From Candidatus Nitrospira inopinata (lineage in GTDB: Bacteria; Nitrospirota; Nitrospiria; Nitrospirales; Nitrospiraceae), in the NCBI RefSeq assembly GCF_001458695.1, contig NZ_LN885086.1, positions 2,760,001 through 2,792,000 of the forward strand: 32,000 nt of DNA, given 5' to 3'. The position numbers and the translations under genes are program-made. The notes below the pieces were generated by a model. That model was not told where the DNA came from and ran no database searches. It saw only the letters and a program-made list of their open reading frames with translations. This document shows positions 9,172 to 17,965 of this stretch, one piece after another (the first letter of the stretch is position 1; every line of letters begins with the position of its first letter).

Positions 9172-9261
9172 GGAGGGGTGCCGGAGCGGCCGAACGGACC
9201 GGTCTTGAAAACCGGAGATGGGGCAACTCATCCGCGAGTTCAAATCTCGCCCCCTCCGCCA
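9172..9261 (+). tRNA. tRNA-Ser (anticodon UGA), CCA encoded
   Basis: Acceptor stem GGAGGGG/CCCCTCC. Anticodon stem CCGGT/ACCGG with loop CTTGAAA. Long variable arm. T-arm GCGAG-TTCAAAT-CTCGC. Discriminator G followed by CCA. Confidence 0.95.
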
Positions 9262-9345
9262 TCGTGTGCGCGTGTTTTTGTGATTCATCTTCGGCCCTGA
9301 GCCCGATGGTGTGGCGCCTGACCGGTTCACCGACGACGGAATCGC

Positions 9346-10176
9346 ATGAAAATTTTGCGGGCTTGTTGGCAGTGGTTTCAGCGGCAAACGTGGCTGAACA
9401 AGATCATCATCCTCGGTCTGTTCGCCGTCGTCGTTCCGTTTTTCCTTCCCACCATCGTCGCCTGGTTCAAACCCACCATGATCAACGTCGGCGTCGCGTT
9501 CTATACCTACGAGCGAGGCCGGGTCTCGGAAGGCAAAACGGCGGCGTACTTTTTTGAAAAACGCAACCTGGTGACCAATTGCAGTCTCCGTCGCGTCGAG
9601 CAGACGATCCCGCCCGGAGAGGTCCGACTTCCTCGGCAGGAATCATGGGTCATCATCAAGCTGCTGCTTGAGAACGTGTCGGACGAGTCCATCACCCGTC
9701 TTCGTCTGGCTGTCCGCTCGCCGGCCATCGGTCCCGCCACGCAGGTCTCGACCGCTCCCATGATGGAAGCGACGGGACAGATGGAAACGCCGCCGAATGA
9801 CGGCCGCCGATGGTTCGTCGTCACCCTTCCCGCGATCGCCCCCCGCTCCTCCGTTGTTTTGAGCCTCAAAACGCCCCTCGATGACAATCTGCGCAAGTTC
9901 ATCTATGAAGACCGCCGAACCGTCACCATTCAAGTGCCGTTCGTCTCATCGGACCAGTTCCACGAATACCCCCCGATCGTCTCTCGCACCAATGCGCTCA
10001 AAATTTTAAATCGGGAAGGGCTGTTGCGAGCCGGAGGCGACGCGGCTGCCGAGGAAACGTTCCTCTTCTCCTCTCTTCCCGACGATGAGCCGCGACCCAA
10101 AGAACAGAAAGTCCCTTCCTATCAACTCCTTCCAAAGTCACGGATCTGCCCGGAGGGAGAAGCCGGAATGTGGTAA
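9346..10176 (+). CDS. Hypothetical membrane-anchored protein
   Basis: 276-aa ORF with an N-terminal TM span (IIILGLFAVVVPFFLPTIVAWF). No motif recognised. Confidence 0.5.
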   Translation: MKILRACWQWFQRQTWLNKIIILGLFAVVVPFFLPTIVAWFKPTMINVGVAFYTYERGRVSEGKTAAYFFEKRNLVTNCSLRRVEQTIPPGEVRLPRQESWVIIKLLLENVSDESITRLRLAVRSPAIGPATQVSTAPMMEATGQMETPPNDGRRWFVVTLPAIAPRSSVVLSLKTPLDDNLRKFIYEDRRTVTIQVPFVSSDQFHEYPPIVSRTNALKILNREGLLRAGGDAAAEETFLFSSLPDDEPRPKEQKVPSYQLLPKSRICPEGEAGMW

Positions 10177-10337
10177 ACCCACCCTTTGCCATTCTGATGT
10201 TGCACCGAGTACGGACGATACAGGATTGTCACCTAACCCTTTTGTAGGGTCTGCTTAGCCCCTTGAGGGAGTTGAAGAAACGCGGTTCTGCATACTATGG
10301 TACCTCCCACGATCGCACTGTGGAGGGAGGCGTCGCC

Positions 10338-10694
10338 ATGTCACTTCAACCGATTTCTCGGGTTGCAATCAATTGCATTCTCGCAAAGGGCGGCTCCGGC
10401 TTGGAAGGAGACGGTTGCCTGTACGACCTTTCGGCGCCGGACCGGCGTCTCTCTCCCCAGACTCAACTGCGTGCCGGCGATTACGTGAAGCTTCGCCTCT
10501 GGCTGCCCGACGAGGACTCCCACATGTCCGTCGAGCTGGCCGAAGTCGATTGGATCGACAGCCACCGACTCAAAGTCGACCTTCTGTCACTTTCCCCGGA
10601 AGTTCGAGCCAAGCTTCATCAATTTAAAGCCTCGCAGCGGGTGACGCGCTCCACGCATGACACCACGACCGAACACATCCTGATTCGCTTTTAA
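10338..10694 (+). CDS. Hypothetical protein, possibly a degenerate PilZ-like beta-barrel
   Basis: ATG at 10338 lies 7 nt after GGAGGGAGG. The pattern G..YDLSAPD...GDYVKLRLWLP....VELAEVDWI resembles PilZ, but the RxxxR and DxSxxG motifs are incomplete. Confidence 0.3.
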   Translation: MSLQPISRVAINCILAKGGSGLEGDGCLYDLSAPDRRLSPQTQLRAGDYVKLRLWLPDEDSHMSVELAEVDWIDSHRLKVDLLSLSPEVRAKLHQFKASQRVTRSTHDTTTEHILIRF

Positions 10695-10861
10695 TCTACC
10701 GGCCTTCATGTTCGCTTTAAGTTTGTTCACTTCAAGTGTATGGCGTGGACCCATGCCCCACCTGCCGTCGGTCATGCCATCCCTCTTTCGTCTAACACTC
10801 CGCTACCTCTATGGTATTTTCATCCGCCCTTCACGTGTTTATGCTTTCGCCATCACGCCGG

Positions 10862-10889
10862 TTGGAAATGAGAGCCTTGGAAACGAGAG
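10862..10889 (+). repeat. Direct repeat TTGGAAAYGAGAG x2 (15-bp phase)
   Basis: TTGGAAATGAGAG (10862-10874) and TTGGAAACGAGAG (10877-10889), about 55 nt upstream of the 10945 ORF. Confidence 0.6.
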
Positions 10890-10944
10890 GCGTGGGCGGT
10901 GAGGAAAAGAACTCCCGACGATTGATTGAAGAGGAGGGTTGTCC

Positions 10945-11532
10945 ATGCAGAAACGGCTTGGGAAAATCGGAACGGTACGGCGAGAAATTCGAGGCAAGGC
11001 GTGCCCGCTGTGCGGAGGCTACCGGTATCAACTCCTTGTTCATTCTTCGACTGCGCCTGAAGAAGCATCGGACATGCTTGCCCGATGCGTGCAATGCAAC
11101 CGTCCACGACAATTGGACGACGGCTTTTGGAAAAACCTAGTGGATATCAAGGTCCCCGATCACAAACAGGCGCTCGCTAAGCCCCTTGAGCTCTGGCAGA
11201 CCTATCGAAAACGCAAAGAGGAGACTCGCAAGGCGATCCAGATGCTGGCGATCAGCGGCGCGGTGCGGCCGGGGAACGTCGAATTTCGCTATTCAACCTC
11301 TCCGGACGAGAGCGGCATCCTGGCCAGATCTTTCGCCGTCGCTCCCCCTTCCGAGCCCGATTCTCCGACTCCCTTGCATCTTTTCTACGGCCGCCTCCAA
11401 ACCCGCGTGCTCCACGTGATCGAGCGGCTCAAGCTTCAAGAATCCTACGCCCAACTACAGTCACGCTGTCTGCATCTGTTCCATTGGATTCGACGGGAAT
11501 TGACCGCTCGTTCGTATTTCTCGCGGATTTGA
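10945..11532 (+). CDS. Hypothetical zinc-ribbon protein
   Basis: ATG at 10945 preceded by GAGGAGGG. CPLCGG...CVQCN forms a CxxC-x28-CxxC pair near the N-terminus. Confidence 0.5.
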   Translation: MQKRLGKIGTVRREIRGKACPLCGGYRYQLLVHSSTAPEEASDMLARCVQCNRPRQLDDGFWKNLVDIKVPDHKQALAKPLELWQTYRKRKEETRKAIQMLAISGAVRPGNVEFRYSTSPDESGILARSFAVAPPSEPDSPTPLHLFYGRLQTRVLHVIERLKLQESYAQLQSRCLHLFHWIRRELTARSYFSRI

Positions 11533-11589
11533 ACCGCTCTCTTGTGCCCTCTACGGAGGCTGAGGTAATATCGCCCTCGCGCCGGGAGT

Positions 11590-11633
11590 ACCCGCGCAGG
11601 CGGAAACGTTCCGCCTGCGCGGGTATCTTCTTC
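11590..11633 (+). terminator. Strong hairpin, probable intrinsic terminator
   Basis: Perfect 15-bp stem ACCCGCGCAGGCGGA / TCCGCCTGCGCGGGT with a 5-nt loop, followed by ATCTTCTTC (a weak U-tract). Confidence 0.5.
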
Positions 11634-11650
11634 AACAAATCGTGAAGCAT

Positions 11651-11744
11651 GGAGAGGTGGCCGAGTGGCCGAAGGCAACGGTTTGCTAAACCGTCGTAGG
11701 GGCGAAAACCTCTACCGAGGGTTCAAATCCCTCCCTCTCCGCCA
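11651..11744 (+). tRNA. tRNA-Ser (anticodon GCU), CCA encoded
   Basis: Acceptor stem GGAGAGG/CCTCTCC. Anticodon stem ACGGT/ACCGT with loop TTGCTAA. Long variable arm. T-arm GAGGG-TTCAAAT-CCCTC. Discriminator G followed by CCA. Confidence 0.95.
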
Positions 11745-11915
11745 TCATACCGTGGACCACCGTCATCGGTGAATGATCAACGGCTTCTCCCCACCGATCG
11801 CGCATCAAGCCCCACGGACGTTCCATCTTTTTGAAGACAAAATTTCTGTTGTACGGCCCGGACCGGTATCGTATGCTCGTTGTATTCACCTCGTCTTTAC
11901 AAGAAAGGATTTCGA

Positions 11916-12593
11916 ATGCGCACCTTCATCGCCATTATGGGAACATCGCTCCTCTTAGCCGGCTCGCCGGCGCTGGCCGCCACCCAAGAGCCCGCGAACG
12001 AGGACCAAAAAACCTTGTACGCCCTTGGTCTGGCCATCAGCCAATCGCTTTCGACGTTTGCGCTCAATGAAACCGAACTCGAGATGGTCAAGACCGGCAT
12101 GGTCGACGGCGTGCTGAAACGGACGCCGAAAGTCGATCTCCAGGCCTACGGCCCCAAGATTCAACAGCTTCAGCAAACCAGGCTCGGCGTCCTGGCGGAA
12201 CAGGAGAAAAAAGCGGGCGCCGCGTTTCTTGCGAAAGCCGCGTCCGAGAAAGGATCGGTCAAAACCGAATCCGGAGCCGTCATCACTCCCATCAAGCTCG
12301 GCTCCGGCGCGACTCCCAAATCGACCGACACGGTCAAAGTCCATTACCACGGGACGTTGATCGATGGAACCGTCTTCGACAGCTCCGTCAAACGAGGCGA
12401 GCCGGCCACGTTTCCTCTCGATCAAGTCATCACCTGTTGGACCGAAGGCGTTCAGCAGATCAAGGTCGGCGGAAAGAGCCGCTTGATCTGCCCGTCGAAT
12501 CTTGCTTACGGAGATCGCGGCTCTCCACCCGTCATTAAACCGGGCGCGACGTTGGTATTTGAAGTCGAGTTGCTGGAGATCGTTTCCAAATAA
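11916..12593 (+). CDS. FKBP-type peptidyl-prolyl cis-trans isomerase (FkpA/FklB-like, secreted)
   Basis: Signal peptide MRTFIAIMGTSLLLAGSPALAA. C-terminal FKBP domain VKVHYHGTLIDGTVFDSS...LAYGDRG...PGATLVFEVELLEI. Confidence 0.9.
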   Translation: MRTFIAIMGTSLLLAGSPALAATQEPANEDQKTLYALGLAISQSLSTFALNETELEMVKTGMVDGVLKRTPKVDLQAYGPKIQQLQQTRLGVLAEQEKKAGAAFLAKAASEKGSVKTESGAVITPIKLGSGATPKSTDTVKVHYHGTLIDGTVFDSSVKRGEPATFPLDQVITCWTEGVQQIKVGGKSRLICPSNLAYGDRGSPPVIKPGATLVFEVELLEIVSK

Positions 12594-12759
12594 GCGCGTT
12601 CTGCCGCTTCCTCTTGGGAGAGGAGACCATCGCGGGCGGAAGCCCGAGCCTGGCTCTTTTTCCCACCAGCGTCCGGAGAAAGGCGGCCCTCTTTCGGCAA
12701 AGGAGAGGCCGTCCTGACCTCCGGACCCATCGCGCCGACACCTGCGTTCTGGAGCAACC

Positions 12760-14088
12760 GTGAGCGGGCCGTTCTCTTCTTTCCCTCGGCGGTCGCCGGG
12801 TCATTTCCCTCCACGCCGGCTGATTCTCGGACTGCTCTTTGCCGTCAGCGTCGTGACCTACGTGGATCGAGTCAATATTTCCGTCGCCGCGCGCCAAATG
12901 ATGCCGGCGCTCGGGTTGACCGATCAACAAATGGGGTTCGTCTTTTCCGCCTTCGTCATCGGGTATGCCCTGTTTCAAATTCCGGGCGGATGGTTGGCGG
13001 ATCGATGGGGAGCCCGCCTGGTGCTGACCATCGGGCTCCTCTGGTGGTCATGTTTCACCGCCTTCACCGCAATCGCCGCCGCCTCGTTTCTGGCCGGTGT
13101 CCTGGGAATCCTCGGTGCGCTGGCGCTGATACGGTTTCTGCTCGGAGTCGGCGAAGGGGTGGCGCTGCCCACGTTCAACCGCGCCGTGACGGATTGGCTC
13201 CCGGCTCACGAACGCGGCTTCGGCATCGGCATGACCATCGGGGGAATCGGCGTCGGCTCCGCCCTTACTCCCCCGCTGACGGCGTGGATCATGGTGAACT
13301 ACGGTTGGCAAACCGCCTTCTATCTTTCGGCCGCTCTTGGAATCGGGCTGGCCGGTCTGTGGTGGACCGTCGCTCGTGACCATCCAGACGGCCATCCGCA
13401 GGAGAAAGAAAGGTTCACACTTTCTTCCGACGATCATCCCAATCATTCCACAAGATCGCCTGCCATTCCATGGACCGCCTGGCGAAAGACTCCGTCGGTG
13501 CGGTGGCTTGTCCTAAGTTACACGTGTCTGGGATACGTGGCTTACATCTACATGTCGTGGTTTTATCTCTACCTCGTGAACGTTCGCGGGTTCAACCTCC
13601 TGCGGGGCGGTCTGTATGCCGCCGCTCCGTTCCTCGCCATCCTCGTATTCTGCCCGCTGGGAGGATGGATCACGGATCGGTTGGCCTTGAAACACGGCGT
13701 CACCAAAGGTCGCCGCATCGTCGGCCAGGCGGGAATGGGATTGGCCGCGCTTTTTATCGCCGGCGGCGCGATCATTGACTCGCCCCATTGGGCCATCGCC
13801 AATCTCTCGTTCGGCGCCGGGTGGCTCTATTTCTCGGTCGGAGCCTATTGGTCTTCCACCAGCGATCTCTCAAGAACCCACGCCGGAAGTTTGTCCGGGC
13901 TGATGAACATGGGGGCCAACGTCGGAGGAGCCGTCTCCCCCTCCCTCACACCCTGGATCGCCGAACAATGGGGATGGCCCCTCTCACTCTCCGTCGCGGC
14001 GCTGATTGCGCTTGCCGGGGGGCTCATGTGGCTGAAGATCGATCCGGAAAAAGGTCTGTATCCGTGTGAAAACACGGCGCGTGGCTAG
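12760..14088 (+). CDS. MFS transporter (anion:cation symporter-like)
   Basis: 442-aa polytopic ORF. GTG start lies 5 nt after GGAG. Contains YVDRVNISVAA and MFS motif A, GGWLADRWGARLV. Confidence 0.85.
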   Translation: MSGPFSSFPRRSPGHFPPRRLILGLLFAVSVVTYVDRVNISVAARQMMPALGLTDQQMGFVFSAFVIGYALFQIPGGWLADRWGARLVLTIGLLWWSCFTAFTAIAAASFLAGVLGILGALALIRFLLGVGEGVALPTFNRAVTDWLPAHERGFGIGMTIGGIGVGSALTPPLTAWIMVNYGWQTAFYLSAALGIGLAGLWWTVARDHPDGHPQEKERFTLSSDDHPNHSTRSPAIPWTAWRKTPSVRWLVLSYTCLGYVAYIYMSWFYLYLVNVRGFNLLRGGLYAAAPFLAILVFCPLGGWITDRLALKHGVTKGRRIVGQAGMGLAALFIAGGAIIDSPHWAIANLSFGAGWLYFSVGAYWSSTSDLSRTHAGSLSGLMNMGANVGGAVSPSLTPWIAEQWGWPLSLSVAALIALAGGLMWLKIDPEKGLYPCENTARG

Positions 14089-14165
14089 CCATCGCCGCAA
14101 GGTACCGGCCTTCAGATGCAGATGGGTTGCGGGGTTCACCGGACTTTTCCACGCTCGATCCGGCC

Positions 14166-14195
14166 TTGCCGCAAAAGCGCCGTCCTTGATAGAGT
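14166..14195 (+). promoter_or_regulatory. Candidate extended -10 promoter placed for a leaderless cyclophilin mRNA
   Basis: TTGCCG (14166-14171), an 18-nt spacer, then TGATAGAGT with the -10 hexamer at 14190-14195. Only 6 nt separate it from the ATG at 14202, and there is no SD. Confidence 0.35.
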
Positions 14196-14201
14196 GCCGC
14201 T

Positions 14202-14723
14202 ATGGCGATGCAGTTCCAAAAAAAAGATCCGCGCCTCACCATCGTCACAAAATTTGGAGAGATTGCCGTTCGCCTCTATCCCGACGACGCCCCGCGTCAC
14301 GTCGAAAACTTTCTCAATCTCGCCCGGCTGGGATTCTTCGACGGCACCACGTTCCACCGCGTCGTACCGGGCTTTTTGCTCCAAGGCGGCGATCCGCTCA
14401 GCAAACAGCCTGATCGATCCCTGCACGGCACCGGAGGGCCCGGCTATTTTCTTCCGCCCGAACCGAACGACCGCCCCCACAAGCGCGGCGCCGTCTCCAT
14501 GGCCAAAATGCCCCGCGAGAGCAACAGCACCCGCGACTTCAACGACAACGGCTCGCAATTCTTCATCTGCCTGGATGACAATAACGGCCTTGATCGGTGC
14601 TATACCGTCTTTGGGGAAGTCTTCCGGGGCCTCGACGTCATCGATCAAATCGCCGCCGTCCCGCGTGACGAACGGGACAACCCGCTGGAGCCGATCAGGA
14701 TCACGGTCAAGGTGAAGGAGTAA
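14202..14723 (+). CDS. Cyclophilin-type peptidyl-prolyl isomerase
   Basis: Contains FHRVVPGFLLQGGDP and NGSQFFICL; 173 aa. Confidence 0.9.
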   Translation: MAMQFQKKDPRLTIVTKFGEIAVRLYPDDAPRHVENFLNLARLGFFDGTTFHRVVPGFLLQGGDPLSKQPDRSLHGTGGPGYFLPPEPNDRPHKRGAVSMAKMPRESNSTRDFNDNGSQFFICLDDNNGLDRCYTVFGEVFRGLDVIDQIAAVPRDERDNPLEPIRITVKVKE

Positions 14724-14862
14724 TCGGCGGCAACCGCCCTTCAGCCGCACCCACCGCTTTTCTTTCCAACCAGGAAAGACATCTCCCGACCGGCAGAACG
14801 TCGTTTTCCCTTGGCGTGGACGCTCACGATGCGCAAGGCACGGCCGGCTGGTCCTCGACCGG

Positions 14863-16104
14863 TTAGAAGAACGCCATGCTGACGTAGGTGACGGTGGAAT
14901 TGAACTGATCGGTGATACCGCGGTCGTAACGAAGCACTTCGCCCTTTTCAGCCTGAATCAGCCGCAAGAGCGAATAGATCGGCGCGAAACCGGTAATGCG
15001 GCGCCGATCCTCTTCCTTGAGGAGAAAGTCGGCAAACTCGTCGGCCTTGAGCTCTTCGACAAACTTGAGCATTTCAAGGTCCCGCTGCATGGACCGGTGG
15101 AACGAAAAATCCGTCGGCGGCTCCTTGTCGCCGTAGCGTAAGCCGAGATGCGCCAGCTCCCCCGCGGCGATCACGCAATAGGGTCGGCCGTCCTCGCGGA
15201 GAATCTCCCGCAGGCCGTCGAGAAACGCCCTCACTCCCTGTTTCAACGCGTGATCGGCCATCTCAATCGCCGAAAAGGAACAGAGAATCGGCACGATGGT
15301 GAAAGCCTTCTCACGACCCACGACCTCCTGCAAAAACGGCAATTGAAACTCGATCGAGGACTCGGCTTGGTGACACAGATCTTCGTGAAATGAATCGGGC
15401 AGGCGATCCCTGAGCCGCGCCATGATCGGCTGATCCGTACGGACCAGGCCAAGGGGTGTTTCAAAATCCTTGTCCGTCGCGGTAAACGGACGCACCGGCC
15501 CCGCTGAAGCGGTCCCCATGATGACATAGAGATCGGGCTGCACCGCCTCCCGCAACTCTTTGTACGCCCAGGCATAGACAGGTCCGGCTTGCTTCAGATC
15601 ATAGGCCGGCGTCACCAGCCCCTTGATCGGCTTGCCGGCATGAACGGACGGCTCGAACCCCGGCCCTTCCTGAGATGAGAAGAATCCCTCGACCTGCCTT
15701 CTCAGCTTGATACCTTCGGCTTCATAACCTCGTCCCGCAAACGTGGGCTTCCGACAAGGGGCTTGCCGGTAGGCATCCATGGCCCGTGCCAACGCCGCCT
15801 CGGTGCGAGCCCCTTCAAGGAACAGTTTTTCGTCCAGCTCGTTCACCAACCGTTCGATCTTGTCGGGCAGAAGAAACTCGCCGAACCGTTTGAGATACAG
15901 CGAGAGAATGTCCGTTAGAGAATGGCGGCCGTCGAAATGTTGGATGATGAAAAAATAATTCAGCGGCAGCACCAGCTTTTCTTGGCTCAACCCCGTCGGA
16001 TCCCACAACACAATGAACGAGTCTTCCCCCTGCTTGATGGGAGAGTACTGAAGATTCCGGAGCACCGGATACTGTTTGGGATCTCTCACGGTTTCGGTGG
16101 ACAT
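14863..16104 (-). CDS. MEMO1/AmmeMemoRadiSam-B-like protein with ~170-aa N-terminal extension
   Basis: The C-terminal ~250 aa resemble the Memo family: LVTPAYDLKQAGPVYAWAY, FTIVPILC, IAAGELAHLGLRYGD. The ORF is open to a TTG at 16143, but I prefer the ATG at 16104. Confidence 0.5.
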   Translation of the reverse strand: MSTETVRDPKQYPVLRNLQYSPIKQGEDSFIVLWDPTGLSQEKLVLPLNYFFIIQHFDGRHSLTDILSLYLKRFGEFLLPDKIERLVNELDEKLFLEGARTEAALARAMDAYRQAPCRKPTFAGRGYEAEGIKLRRQVEGFFSSQEGPGFEPSVHAGKPIKGLVTPAYDLKQAGPVYAWAYKELREAVQPDLYVIMGTASAGPVRPFTATDKDFETPLGLVRTDQPIMARLRDRLPDSFHEDLCHQAESSIEFQLPFLQEVVGREKAFTIVPILCSFSAIEMADHALKQGVRAFLDGLREILREDGRPYCVIAAGELAHLGLRYGDKEPPTDFSFHRSMQRDLEMLKFVEELKADEFADFLLKEEDRRRITGFAPIYSLLRLIQAEKGEVLRYDRGITDQFNSTVTYVSMAFF

Positions 16105-16113
16105 GGCGGCGAC

Positions 16114-16143
16114 ATTGTAGAAGATGAAAGGAGGGAGCTGCAA
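16114..16143 (-). promoter_or_regulatory. Candidate promoter directly upstream of the Memo-like ATG
   Basis: The minus strand reads TTGCAG (16143-16138), an 18-nt spacer, then TACAAT (16119-16114), with 9 nt to the ATG at 16104. No SD. Confidence 0.3.
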
Positions 16144-16227
16144 CGAGAGCGTCGATCCTTCGGCTTATGGTCAAACCTGAGGACGGCAAGAGACAAACAG
16201 AGGAATCTCAGGCTTCAACTCCTCGTA

Positions 16228-16980
16228 TCATCCCTCCGGGGGAGGCTCCGACTTGAGGCGGCGGCTCAGCAACAGGAGCGCGCCCACCGTGAGCAGCAGC
16301 ATCCACAGAGTCGGCCGTCCATACGACGCATCGGCATAACCGATCAGATCGCTCAGCCGGCCGATCAACAGCGACATGCGGGCCATCACCGTGTAGCCGA
16401 ACGCGGCGCCGAAGGCGATCATGAGGAAGAAAATCCCGGTTCGAGCCACCGCCTTGCCGGGCCCCGTGTGTTCGACCGAGAAAAAGAAGTAAAACAGGAC
16501 GGAAGTGACCCCGATCAGAATAATGATGGTGTTGATCCCACTCGCGGGGTTCAGCAGATTCCAGGTGAATACCACCCCTTCCGCCGGCACCAACGCGACC
16601 AAGGGACGGACCGTGTCTTCGACTTGTTTTAAGATGAACGAGGAGATGGTCCGTGGAATCGCCAATCCCGCCCCCACTCCCACGATAAAGGCAAAGGCGT
16701 AGCGGGACAGCCACGACACCTTCGGCACATAGCGCGCCAGCATCAACATGCCGATGAAGACGGGGATCAGCAACGTCCATTCATGGTTCTCGACGATCGG
16801 TTTCCAAATCAGATGCACGAGCACCATATCGTAGGTCTTGACGATCGTGTACCCGACCGACACGCCGACGTACAGATGCTCGGCCAGTTTAAACAAGGGA
16901 TTGTCCCGGTACAGAAACGAAAAGATGAACAGAGTCAACCCTGTCGCCACCCAGGCGCCGATGATGGATTCAACCGACAT
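16228..16980 (-). CDS. Polytopic membrane protein, unknown function (operon gene 7)
   Basis: About 250 aa with at least 6 hydrophobic spans. ATG at 16980 lies 7 nt after GAGG. Confidence 0.6.
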   Translation of the reverse strand: MSVESIIGAWVATGLTLFIFSFLYRDNPLFKLAEHLYVGVSVGYTIVKTYDMVLVHLIWKPIVENHEWTLLIPVFIGMLMLARYVPKVSWLSRYAFAFIVGVGAGLAIPRTISSFILKQVEDTVRPLVALVPAEGVVFTWNLLNPASGINTIIILIGVTSVLFYFFFSVEHTGPGKAVARTGIFFLMIAFGAAFGYTVMARMSLLIGRLSDLIGYADASYGRPTLWMLLLTVGALLLLSRRLKSEPPPEG

Positions 16981-17057
16981 CACGAGCCTCGATTACAGCC
17001 TGACCGAACTGAACACGACCCTTATTGCGACACACCAATCCCACGACCGTCGCCGCG

Positions 17058-17888
17058 TCACGACGCTTGCTGTTTACGCCGCAGGGCAAAGTAGAACAGA
17101 TTGCACAACATCACCAACACGATGATCGCCATGTGAGTGGCCGATTGGGCATCCATGCCGGCAACGGCCTGTCCCTTGCGGCCGATCAAACTCTCGTACT
17201 CCGCCGCCCCGCGCAATCCGCCGATCAGGCCGTTGATCTGCCCGCTTCGCAACAGCGGATAGAGTCCCGGCGCCATCACACCAGTACAGCCGCCCCCCAT
17301 TTCGAACTTGTATTTGTCCTTGCCGAACACGTACCAGGCTTCGACCCCCGGGTTGCCTGCTCCCAGACTCACGGCATAGTCCACATCCCGCAGACTGTTC
17401 ACCCCATCGAGCACCGGCAACCCTTTCGTCGGCCTCCCATGGTAGTCGGTCGGAAAGGTGGTGTAGAGGTTTTGCCCCATATTGATGATCACGGCCGTGC
17501 CTCCCGGACTCCAGCCGAGAAACACATAGTCCTTTGTGTCTTCTTTCCCCATCTCGCGGGCGACCTGTGAGATGATCTGATCGGCCAAGCCAGTCCCACT
17601 CACCCACAAGGTCATCGCCACGACACGCAGGTTCTTCCGAAACGCATGGTGGAGCAACGCCACGGCTTGCGGATACAGCTCCGGCTTGGAAGAGGGGTCA
17701 AAATCCAACGACAGGAGAAACACGGACCCTTCCGGCATCGATTCGATATAGTCATAGACGGCCCGGACTTCCGGCGAAATTTTGATCGGCAGCCCGACCG
17801 GATAGAGCAACGGCAGGAGCGTGCAGAGGCCGATGATCAAAAAGATGATCCGCCGGTCGATCTTGAGCATCCGTTCGGCAAGACTCAT
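17058..17888 (-). CDS. Bitopic membrane protein with large extracytoplasmic domain, unknown function (operon gene 6)
   Basis: 276 aa. N-terminal TM (IIFLIIGLCTLLPLLY) and C-terminal TM (HMAIIVLVMLCNLFYFAL). GGAGA lies 8 nt before the ATG. Confidence 0.6.
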   Translation of the reverse strand: MSLAERMLKIDRRIIFLIIGLCTLLPLLYPVGLPIKISPEVRAVYDYIESMPEGSVFLLSLDFDPSSKPELYPQAVALLHHAFRKNLRVVAMTLWVSGTGLADQIISQVAREMGKEDTKDYVFLGWSPGGTAVIINMGQNLYTTFPTDYHGRPTKGLPVLDGVNSLRDVDYAVSLGAGNPGVEAWYVFGKDKYKFEMGGGCTGVMAPGLYPLLRSGQINGLIGGLRGAAEYESLIGRKGQAVAGMDAQSATHMAIIVLVMLCNLFYFALRRKQQAS

Positions 17889-17965
17889 CGGCCGGTCTCC
17901 ATGAGACCTGGAGTTGATCGCGTCTGATCAGCAAATACCAAGCGACCGTTCACCTTTCGTCCTTT

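Noticed and set aside
11696-11703. GTAGGGGC inside tRNA-Ser(GCU) as another REP copy
   Set aside because: It is the variable-arm stem of a canonical tRNA, far from the island. The similarity is coincidental.
12609-12624. TCCTCT-TGGG-AGAGGA hairpin after the FKBP gene as a terminator or as a fifth copy of the nested palindrome
   Set aside because: It has only a 6-bp stem, no U-tract and no outer arms. The resemblance to the CCCTCTCCC element is too weak to call.
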